DNA from: Anaeramoeba ignava BMAN
Taxonomy: Eukaryota; Protista; Anaeramoebae
NCBI GenBank assembly: GCA_028826165.1
Contig: JAPDFW010000111.1
Coordinates: forward strand, 1-64,000
Direction of reading: 5' to 3'
DNA: 64,000 bases
Shown here: piece by piece, positions 43,762 to 54,472 of the stretch
Position numbering within the stretch: position 1 is the stretch's first letter
How the letters are laid out: each line of letters begins with the position of its first letter
Notes under the pieces: model-generated
Database searches by the model: none
The model's input: the letters and a program-made list of their open reading frames with translations, nothing else
Told to the model about the DNA's origin: nothing
Program-made: the position numbers and the translations under genes

Positions 43762-45789
43762 TTAAGATTTATGAGGTTTTCTTCTTATAATCTTTCTCAA
43801 TGTTTGATTAACAATCTTGTGAAGAAAATAGGGACAATCTGTACGGCAAATTAATTCATATTGAACAGGAGTTTTTTGGACAAATGGATTAGCAAAAAGG
43901 GATTTTGGAACAGGCCACATTCTCAAGTTTTCAACATCGAAGTTTGACAATCCAAGAGTCAAAACAGTGACTTCTTCAAGATTTGGATTTTCTTTGATTG
44001 CTTTGATGTCAACAATATAAGATATTGCACTGAGCATTGCGCCAGGATTCATTTTGGAGATATTTGAGGAGTAGATAAAATCCTGCATTAAAACTTCTCC
44101 GAAATCAATGGAAGAGATAGCGAGAGCTGCTGCAGTTGAGTACGGACCAGCAACAAGCAGTTCTGTTGGGAGAAACTTCATTTTATTAGCAATGTGCGAG
44201 TTGTTGACCTTAAGAAGTGTGCAAAGTTGTTGATTTTCAGCAAATTCAATTGATTTTGAAGTTGGATGAACAACGACAATTCCTTGTTCAAGTTCTGCTG
44301 AAAGTAGTTCGTCTTCTTTCGGCTTCACGTTTTCGATGAGATGCTTTTTCAGCAAGGAATCCTCGTTGTTGAATTCCTTCTCAACAAATTCGGGTATTTC
44401 TTGAGAGGACTGAACAGAGTAATCAAAAAGTGTTTGTTTTTGAAGCGAAAAGACTGGTTCTCCGTGTTGATTCTTCAGGATGTGTTGCGTATAAATGACA
44501 CATCCTTTTTGGCCAGATAGATTACGATATCCCTCGATTTTCATGTCCGTTGTGAATGTGTCTCCGGGATAAGCTGGTCGTAAGTACTTTCCGTTGCGGA
44601 ATCCGAGAAGTAGCGCATGGTCTGCAGAGTATTGAAGAACAACCATTGCGATCGAGAGCGTAGAAAGGAGAGAGGGAGGAAGAAGAATGTTTTTGAATCC
44701 AAGTTTTTTGGCCTCGATCTCACTGATGTAAATCGGGGATACGTCGAAATAACTACTTTGCCAAGTACTCAACCATGAGTCTGTTACTGTTAGTGAATAT
44801 GATGATTGCAGCTTCAAGTTGGGTTCGATTTTTTGTGGTTTGAGTCCATATTCATAGAAAACACACTTGAGAGAATCAACTGGTTTTTCAATTTGTTTTT
44901 CTTCCATTTTCTTTGCTGCTTCGTGTTGTTCAAGATGATATTTTGCCATCAACATGAAAGGTGGTCCCCACATTCTTCCCTTATCAGAAAAAGTACCCTC
45001 CTTTTCGAATCCCAGCAACCTTCTCGACCAAGCAATTTCTTTTGGACTTGGAGAGAAAATCGAGTTTGTAATGTAAACTTGATCAGCAGTTAAAACGGCT
45101 TTCCCGGCAAATCCCATTTCTCGCGACAATCTTGCATCAGCCTCAAAATGCTCATGGTTCTTGTATCCCGTAGTAACAGACTCGATCGGAAGAAGATCTC
45201 TCGATCTCGCAGCATGAATGATAACGTTTTTAGGATACTGAAGACCTGGTACTGTGTTTGCACAATGAGCAACGGTGATGTAATCAAGATGACCCAAACA
45301 CATGGCAACTAATCTCTCTGATCCTGTTGCAATCTTATAAGCATTCATCACTCCTTTTGGGGTTTCAACCAAGCCAAAGAGAAAAAGATCTCTATTTTCA
45401 CATCCTCTCATTATCTTCTCGTATTCATGAAGCTCATCAGCAGTTTCCAGCATCGGAACCATTATTCCAGTGACTGATTTAACTCCCAATTCTTGGATAT
45501 CTTTTTTTGCCTGTTCAAATCCTGCTGAAATTGCATTGCACCGAACAAATGTCGGTCTTCCTTTAAGAATATCTTCTCTTAATGCTTTTGCCCAGAAATT
45601 CCTGCGACTTTCTTTTTCTTGTTTTGGAACGGAATCTTCTAGATCCACTATGAATGAGTCTGCAGGTGATGAGAGTGCAAGTTCAATTTTTGATGGCGGA
45701 ACAAATAACATTGATCGCAAAAGTCCTGGATAAGTTGCAAAATTTCTTATCCCATTTTGACCAAATTTTTTAATAATTTTTTGCATCAT
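43762..45789 (-). CDS. CitE/HpcH-HpaI family acyl-CoA lyase fused to MaoC-like double-hotdog hydratase (malyl-CoA lyase/mesaconyl-CoA hydratase-like), with organelle presequence
   Basis: Lyase motifs RSMLFVP, DLEDSV, VRCN, LVETPKG, LGHLDY, MGFAGK and FSPS. Hotdog motifs LGFRNGKYLRPAYPGDT and KNQHGEPVFS. N-terminus MMQKIIKKFGQNGIRNFA. Confidence 0.85.
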   Translation of the reverse strand: MMQKIIKKFGQNGIRNFATYPGLLRSMLFVPPSKIELALSSPADSFIVDLEDSVPKQEKESRRNFWAKALREDILKGRPTFVRCNAISAGFEQAKKDIQELGVKSVTGIMVPMLETADELHEYEKIMRGCENRDLFLFGLVETPKGVMNAYKIATGSERLVAMCLGHLDYITVAHCANTVPGLQYPKNVIIHAARSRDLLPIESVTTGYKNHEHFEADARLSREMGFAGKAVLTADQVYITNSIFSPSPKEIAWSRRLLGFEKEGTFSDKGRMWGPPFMLMAKYHLEQHEAAKKMEEKQIEKPVDSLKCVFYEYGLKPQKIEPNLKLQSSYSLTVTDSWLSTWQSSYFDVSPIYISEIEAKKLGFKNILLPPSLLSTLSIAMVVLQYSADHALLLGFRNGKYLRPAYPGDTFTTDMKIEGYRNLSGQKGCVIYTQHILKNQHGEPVFSLQKQTLFDYSVQSSQEIPEFVEKEFNNEDSLLKKHLIENVKPKEDELLSAELEQGIVVVHPTSKSIEFAENQQLCTLLKVNNSHIANKMKFLPTELLVAGPYSTAAALAISSIDFGEVLMQDFIYSSNISKMNPGAMLSAISYIVDIKAIKENPNLEEVTVLTLGLSNFDVENLRMWPVPKSLFANPFVQKTPVQYELICRTDCPYFLHKIVNQTLRKIIRRKPHKS

Positions 45790-46327
45790 ATTTTTTTTTG
45801 GACTGATTAAATCAAAAAAATTAAAATAAAAAATTAAAATAAAAAAATTAAATCAAAAAATTTAAATCAAAAATTAAATGGAAAAATTAAATGGAAAAAT
45901 TAAAATCATTTACTAATTAATTTAATTTGATTTAATTTGATTTATTTTCAAAATTTTTTCTCAATAGAATTTTTTTTGAATAATTTCAATTAAAAGAAAT
46001 AAAACAAAACAAAAGGAAAGGAAAGAAAAGAAAAATAAAAATTAAAATGAAAAAATTTTTTTAAATTAATCTACAAAAGACGTATCAAAAACACTAATAA
46101 ATTTGTATTAAATTTTATTATTAAATTTTTTTATTAAATTTTATTATTTAAATATTCAAAAAAAAAAATAAAATAACAATCCAAAATAAATGGTAAATAT
46201 TGCTTTTTGTTTTGTTCTTTTTTGGGTTTTATTTTAAACAATGATTCAGCATCCAAATTTTTTATTATTTTTAAATAAATTGATCAAAAATAATATAATA
46301 ATAAAAAATAATCAATTATTTAATTAT

Positions 46328-49035
46328 CTAATTAGCAATAAAATCTAAATGGATTTTATGAACATTTTGTTTATCATTTGCTTGGAAATCTTCAATTTGT
46401 TGTTTGGATATTATAAAAGACAAATATTTCAAAATTTTCAAATCATGTTTTTCAATTTTAAAACGCTCAACAAAAAAATCAAGAAAACCTCTTTGAGAAG
46501 AATCATTTTGATCAACAACATCAATAAAACCATCTTCGTTTAAATAACTTGAGAGAGCGAAATGGTAATAAACAAAAGCATTGACAGAAATTTCAAACAG
46601 AAAGGAATTGATATAAGCAAGATGCACTGATTTTCTTTTCAAATCAAGTGGGTAATTTGAAATCATTTTATTAATGAACTGACTCTCAAGTTTGAATTCA
46701 GGAGTGAAAATTCTCGAATCCAAATCAAAATGTGCGACAAAAGGTTTTATTCCAGGAGAAATATCAAGTGAGTTTGGAATCCCACATATTTTGATTTCAG
46801 CCAAATCTTGGAATTTTAATAACGATGTTTTCCACAAAATTTCGTTTTTTGGATTGATTTCTCCAGGAATAAAGCATCTTATTTTCTTGATAAATTCAGC
46901 AATTACATTTTGTTTTTCTGATCGAACAATCAATGGAATTCCCGTTAACATGACATATATTATGTTAGCGATATTTTTTTTATATTCTCGAATTAATTTA
47001 TTTGGTGATTCAATATTTTCAGAAAATCGCAAAAAGGGCGAAATTGGTTGTGGATCATCTCCTTCTTTTTCAATGATTTGGACCTGCATTTCTTGGTTTG
47101 TTCTTTTGAATATCGGTGATAATAAAGGTTCTGAAAAAAATAAATATTCTGAAAGTAATTTTGTGTTTAAATTCTTTTTGATATGAAAATTGAATGTTTG
47201 AGTGATTGATTCGTTTTGTACTTGCTTGATTCCATCTTCCTCTGATTGTGGATTGAAGTTCAAAAAAGGAAATCCGCCTAATCGAAGCAAAGATGATTTG
47301 GGATTTTCATTTGTTGATAAAGTTTGACTTAAAATCAAATCTGAATTTTTTTGGGAGTATTTTGAGTTGATTAAATTTATCATGTTTTTCGTTTCTTCAA
47401 AAATGTTTTTGACACATAATTCTTCAATTGGTCGTAATTCTCGATCGAAATTTAAATCAGCAATATTTTGAAAGTTTTTTATATCTTTATCAAATAATGG
47501 TTTTCGTGAATTTTCTTTTATTTGATTTGAGATTTGTTGAATTTTTTCTGATTGTGATTTTGAAAGAGAACCAATGAGTTTGGTTTTTAATATTTCAAGA
47601 TCTTCCATATATTCTGATATTGAAGATATTTTCATTGCTTGTTCCTTTATTTTATAAAATATAAAATATTAAAATTTAAATATTAAATATAAAATTTTAA
47701 ATATAAAATTTACAAGATTTAGTCTTGATTGATTATTTCCATTAGTTTTTTGTAAATGGAAAATGTAATTTTCAATTTCTTTAAGAAATAACCCTATGCT
47801 ATTTAATTTTAATAATTCGGAAACAGTTGTAAAATCTCGAATCATTTGATCTAAATTTTCCATAATTTTAATCATATTTTTGGATAAAAAACTTAAAGAA
47901 AAAGGTCTACAAAAACCTCTGGCTTGAATATCTAATAGAGTAAAATGGTTAACCTTTGAAAAATTTAATAAATAATTTAATAAATAATTTAATAAGTAAT
48001 TTAATAAATAATTTAATAAATAATTTAATAAATAATTTAATAAATAATTTAATAAATAATTTAATAAATAATTTAATAAATAATTTTAATAAATAATTTA
48101 ATAAATAATTTAATAAATAATTTAATAAATAATTTAATAAATAATTTAATAAATAATTTAATAAATAATTTAATAAATAATTTTATAAATAATTTAATAA
48201 ATAATTTTAATAAATAATTTTATAAATAATTTTATATTTAATTTTATAAATAATTTTATAAATAATTTAATAAATAATTTAATAAATAATTTAATAAATA
48301 ATTTAATTAATAATTTAATAAATAATTTAATAGTAATTTAATAAATAATTTAATAAATAATTTTTATAAATAATTTAATAAAATAATTTTATAAATAATT
48401 TAATAAATAATTTAATAAATAATTTTATATTTAATTTTATAAATAATTTAATAAATAATTTAATAAATAATTTAATAAATAATTTTATAAATAATTCTAA
48501 TAAATAATTTAATAAATAATTTTATAAATAATTTAATAAATAATTTAATAAATAATTTAATAAATAATTTTATATTTAATTTAATAAATAATTTTATAAA
48601 TAATTTTATAAATAATTTTATAAATAATTTTATAAATAATTTAATAAGTAATTTAATAAATAATTTTATAAATAATTTTATAAATAATTTTATAAATAAT
48701 TTTATAAATAATTTTATAAATAAATTAATAAATAATTTTATAAATAATTTTATAAGTAATTTTATAAATAAATTAATAAATAATTTTATAAATAATTTAA
48801 TAAATAATTTATTTACAAAAGAATAAGAAAAATCACCCATTGAACCTTTACTAAAAGATATTACAAATTGAGTATCTGAAATAAGTTCACCAACAAATTC
48901 AGTTTGATAATCAGTTGTCATAATTAAAACTGCATAATTATTTAAATAAGGTTTTTCTTTATCATTTGGAAAAACCATTCTAACAACTGGTCCTGTTTTT
49001 TGTGAAAATTCAGTTAAAACAACAATTCCATCCAT
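46328..49035 (-). CDS. Folliculin/SMCR8-type longin-DENN protein. Exons 49035-48817, 47953-47714, 47644-46328
   Basis: N-terminal LTEFSQKTGP longin motif and exon 2 HFTLLDIQARGFCRPFSLSF (folliculin/SMCR8 signature). The phase-0 GT-AG introns join in frame. Confidence 0.85.
47954..48816. repeat. Intron filled with 12-bp repeat AAATAATTTAAT/AAATAATTTTAT
   Basis: Near-perfect array; source of the LFIKLFIK read-through in the ORF track. Confidence 0.9.
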
Positions 49036-49214
49036 TTTTATTATTATATTTTTTTTTAAATAAAGAAAAAGAAGAAAAAAAGAAGAAAAAAAAAATTTTT
49101 TAAATTAAAAAAAAATGAAAAATAAAAATCATTTTTTTCTTTTTCTTTTTCTTTTTCTTTTTTCTTTATTTTATTTTTTTATTTGTAATTCTTTCTTATT
49201 CTTTTTTTTTTCTA

Positions 49215-52200
49215 ATGGGAAATTGTTCAAGAAAAACAACAAATAAAAATCAACAAACAAAAGATGAAAAACATGCGAAAATTAAACTTTCTGTTGATTT
49301 AGATGAAAAATCAACAGAAATGAAAGAATTAAATCAAAATCAAAATTCAAATCAAAATCAAAATTCAAATCAAAATCAAAATCAATTTCAAAATCAAAAT
49401 TCAAATCAAAATCAAAATCAAAATCAAAATCCAAATCAAAATCAAAATCCAAATCATTTTCAACAATATCAAAACTTTCTAAATCAAAGCGATAATTCTC
49501 AAACATCTTTAAAACCACCACTTTTTAATAGTAATGTACTTAGAAATCTTCAACGAGTTCATGAAATAGAAAATGGTGTTAATAAAACAAATCAAATTAG
49601 TTGGCAAAAAGGTGGTTTAATTGGTGTTGGTTCTTTTGGGAAAGTTTTTCTTGGATTTAATTTAGTTAGTGGAGAACTTCTAGCAGTTAAACAATTTCCT
49701 CTTCAAAATAGTGAAGAAGATAATGTACCAAATTAAAATTAAAATTAAAATTAAAATTAAAAATTAAAATTAAAATTAAAATTAAAAATTAAAATTAAAA
49801 TTAAAATTAAAATTAAAATTAAAATTAAAATTAAAATTAAAATTAAAATTAAAATTAAAATTAAAATTAAAATTAAAATTAAAATTAAAATTAAAAATTA
49901 AAATTAAAATTAAAATTAAAATCAAAATCAAAATCAAAATTAAAATTAAAATTAAAATTAAAATTAAAATTAAAATTTAAATTAAAATTAAAATTAAAAT
50001 TAAAATTAAAATTTAAATTAAAAATTAAAATTAAAATCAAAAATTAAAATTAAAATTAAAATTTAAAATTAAAATTAAAATTAAAATTAAAATTAAAATT
50101 AAAATTAAAATTAAAATTAAAATTAAAAATTAAAATTAAAATTAATATTAAAATTAAAATTTAAAAAATTTAAAATTATTTTATAAAGATTGACCAATTA
50201 AAAAGAGAAGTAGAATTAATGAAAGAATTAAAACATCCAAATATTGTTCGATATGTTGGAACTCAAATTGAAGATGATTGTTTAAATATTTTTTTGGAAT
50301 ATGTTCCTGGTGGTTCTATTGCTTCTCTTCTTTCTAAATTTGGAAGTTTTTCACAATCTGTTATTCAAAGATATACAGTTCAAATTTTACATGGACTTGA
50401 ATATTTGCATTCAAATAATATTATTCATCGAGGTTTTATTTTAATTTTAAATTTAATTTTAAATTTATTTTAATTTCTTAAATACATTTTTTTCCAAATT
50501 TTTAGATATTAAAGGCGCAAATATTCTTCTTGATGTTAATGGTCAAATTAAATTAGCAGATTTTGGTGCAAGTAGAAAATTATCAGAGTTTTCTTTAAAA
50601 AATAAAGAAAATTATAGTTTAAGAGGAACACCTTTTTGGATGGCTCCAGAAGTTATTAGAACAGCTGTTTATGGAAAGTTTGTGAAAACTGTTTAAATTT
50701 ATTTCTAAATTTATTTCTAAATTTAAATCAATTTATTTCTAAATTTATTTCTAAATTTATTTCCAAATTTATTTCTAAATTTATTTCCAAATTTATTTCT
50801 AAATTTATTTATAAATTTATTTATAAATTTATTTATAAATTTATTTCCAAATTTATTTCTAAATTTATTTCTAAATTTATTTCTAAATTTATTTCCAATT
50901 TTATTTCCAATTTTATTTCCAAATTTATTTCCAAATTTATTTCTAAATTTATTTCTAAATTTATTTCTAAATTTATTTCTAAATTTATTTCTAAATTTAT
51001 TTCTAAATTTATTTCTAAATTTATTTCTAAATTTATTTCTAAATTTATTTCCAAATTTATTTCTAAATTTATTTCTAAATTTATTTCTAAATTTATTTCC
51101 AAATTTATTTCTAAATTTATTTCTAAATTTATTTCCAAATTTATTTCTAAATTTATTTCCAAATTTATTTCTAAATTTATTTCTAAATTTATTTCCAAAT
51201 TTATTTCTAAATTTATTTCTAAATTTATTTCTAAATTTATTTCTAAATTTATTTCCAAATATATTTCCAATTTTATTTCCAAATTTATTTCCAAATTTAT
51301 TTCTAAATTTATTTCAAAATTTATTTCAAAATTTATTTCTAAATTTATTTCCAAATTTATTTCAAAATTTATTTCTAAATTTATTTCCAAATTTATTTCC
51401 AAATTTATTTCCAAATTTATTTCAAATTTATTTCTAAATTTATTTCCAAAATCAAAATAATTTTATTTCCAAAAATAACAGAAGTTCTGATATTTGGAGT
51501 CTTGGATGCACTATAATTGAAATGCTTACAGCAAAACATCCTTGGAGTGAATTTGAAGATCAAATTTCTGCTTTATATCATATTGCAACAACAAAATCAC
51601 CTCCAAAAATTCCAAATGAAATTTCAGAAGATTGCAAAGAATTTTTAAATTTATGTCTTGATTTGTAAATATTTAAATTTGAAACTTAATTTTTAATTTG
51701 AAATTGAAAATTTAAATTTGGAAAAAAAATATGTTTGAATTAATTTAAATATAAAAGAGATCCAAATAAAAGACCTTCAGCTTCACAACTTTTAAAACAT
51801 CAATTTCTTCAATTTACGTAAAACAAGATTTCTTTAATTTTTCTTTTAAAAGATCCTTTTTTTTATTAAAATTAATTTATGTTCAATCCTCTTTTTTTTT
51901 TGAAAATTTAAAAGAACAAATCAATCAATTCCTTCTCAAGTTATGGATGAAACACCACCTCCAAAAAAAGAAATTAGACCAAAATCTTTTGCATTACCCA
52001 GACATTCACAATTAGCACATCCATTAAATATGGGACAATCACCAGAATATGTTCTAAAAACAAGAGATTCTATTCAAATACGTGATCCACAAACACGTTT
52101 AATGTAAAATATTCAAAAATCAATCAAAAATATTCAATAATCAAAAATATTCAAAAATATTCAAATATAAATATTTAAAATTCAAAAATATTCAAATATA

Positions 52201-54102
52201 AATATTTAATATTCAAAAATATTTAAAAATCAAAAATATTTAATATTCAAAAATATTTAAAAATCAAAAATATTTAAAAATCAAAAATATTCAAAAATAT
52301 TTAAAAATCAAAAATATTCAAAAATATTTAAAATTCAATCAAAAATATTTAATATTCAAAAATAAAAAATATTCAAAAATATTTAAAAATCAAAAATATT
52401 TAATAATAAAAAATATTTAATATTCAAAAATATTTAAAAATATTTAAAAATAAAAAATATTTAAAAATCAAAAATATTTAAAATTCAATCAAAATATTTA
52501 ATATTCAAAAATATTTAAAAATAAAAGACTCTCGTTATTAAATCAAAAAAAATCTGATGGTAATCAAGAAGCTAAAAGAAATCAAATTATAAATCAACAA
52601 AAAGTTGAAAATCAAAATAATCTATTTGAAAAAAGTGGAAATAATCAATCACAAAATACAATATTAGAAGAAGAAAAACCAAAGATAAAATCAGCAATGA
52701 TTAATCAAAAACATGCAACAACAAATTATAAGAATGAATTAGGTTATTCTGAAAAAGGATTTTATCCTTTATTTAAACAAAATTCAAAATCACATCAATC
52801 TCCCAATTTAGGAGAAAAACCTCAATTAAAACGCAAGAGTGTTAATATTCGTTCAAAACATTTAATGTCTTCAAATACTCTTGGTGGAAAAAATTTTAGT
52901 CCAAGAGGTTTAACTCCAAGAAAACATGGAAAAGTGCAAAAAGAGAAATTAATAGAAGATTTTATTAGAAGAAAAATTTCTGGAGATTTTTTGCAAGTAA
53001 TTAATTATTAATTATTAAATATTTGAATTATTAAATATTAAATATTAAATAATTGAATTAATTATTAAATATTAAATAATTGAATTAATTATTAAATATT
53101 AAATAATTGATTTAAATTAATTTGAATAATTGATTTAATTTGATTTAAATATTTGATTTGATTTAATTTAAATATTTGAATTAATTTAATTATTAAATAT
53201 TAAATAATTGATTTAATTTAATTTAAATATTTGATTTAATTTAATTTAAATATTTGATTTAATTTAATTTAAATATTTGATTTAATTTAATTTAAATATT
53301 TGATTTAATTTAATTTAAATATTTGATTTAATTTAATTTAAATATTTGATTTAATTTAATTTAAATATTTGATTTAATTTGATTTAAATATTAAATATTT
53401 GATTTAATTTAATTTAAATATTTGATTTAATTTAATTTAAATATTTGATTTAATTTGATTTAAATATTAAATATTTGATTTAATTTAATTTAAATATTTG
53501 ATTTAATTTAATTTAAATATTTGATTTAATTTGATTTAAATATTAAATATTTGATTTAATTTAATTTAAATATTTGATTTAATTTGTATATTTGATTTAA
53601 TTTAATTTAAATATTTGATTTAATTAAATATTAAATAATTGATTTAATTTGATTTGAATATTTGATTTAATTTGATTTAAATATTAAATATTTGATTTAA
53701 ATATTTGATTTAATTAAATATTGAATAATTGATTTAATTTAATTTGAATAATTGATTTAATTTAATATTTAAATATTTGATTTAATTTGAATTAATTTAA
53801 TTTAAATAATTGATTTGATTTAATTATAGGCACAAATGGAATTCGAAAAAATTCAAACACATACAGAAAGACATAAAGAACTTGAAAAAAATCGATCAAA
53901 AATACGGGAAATGAGAAGAAATTTCGAACAACAAAGAAGAGATAAAGAATTAAAAAAACAACAAAATATAAAAGAAAGATTAAAAGAAGTATTAAATAAT
54001 GAAGAAATGAGAGCAGAGTTTCTTCAAAAACAAACACTTGATTTAGAAAAAAGTAAAAGTGAAAATAGTAGCGATCTTGAATCTCAATCTGAAAAATTTT
54101 AA
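49215..54102 (+). CDS. MAP kinase kinase kinase (STE11/MEKK/NPK1-like). Exons 49215-49724, 50189-50432, 50506-50677, 51482-51664, 51758-51817, 51915-52103, 52528-52996, 53830-54102
   Basis: [65 protein letters not shown] and RPSASQLL. Manually spliced in frame; C-terminal coiled coil. Confidence 0.9.
49735..50160. repeat. Intronic (TTAAAA)n
   Basis: Directly visible in kinase intron 1. Confidence 0.95.
50695..51450. repeat. Intronic 12-bp repeat AAATTTATTTCT/AAATTTATTTCC
   Basis: Near-perfect array in kinase intron 3. Confidence 0.95.
52110..52520. repeat. Intronic CAAAAATATTT-type 10-19 bp repeat
   Basis: Visible in kinase intron 6. Confidence 0.8.
53000..53825. repeat. Intronic ~23-bp repeat TTTAATTTAATTTAAATATTTGA
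   Basis: Visible in kinase intron 7. Confidence 0.85.
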
Positions 54103-54472
54103 TATAAAAAATTTAAAAAAAAAAAAAAAAAAAAGAATTGTTTATTTTAATTTTATTTCAATTTTCTTTTTTGAATTTTGTTTCAATTTCTTTTTCAATT
54201 TTCTTTTTTGAATTTTATTTCAATTTTCTTTTTTAAATTTTTTTTGATCAAAAAAAATTTTTTAATTAATTAATTAAAAAAAAAAATAATAAATTGATCT
54301 TTTTATTTGATCTTGATTAATTTTAAATTAACTTTTTAAAAGAAAACGTTTTATTTGGAAATAAATAAAAAATATAAAAACGAAATTAACAAAAAAAACA
54401 AATTCATTTTTTTTCTTTTTTTTTTAATTTTTTTTTAATTCTTTTTTTGCTTTTTTTTTTTCGTTATTGAAA

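Noticed and set aside
48472-48816. LFIK-repeat C-terminus of the 187 aa ORF
   Set aside because: Read-through into an intron; the GT donor at 48816 splices to the folliculin motif exon.
50833-51414. ORF (EINL)n on the minus strand
   Set aside because: Antisense reading of an intronic 12-bp repeat.
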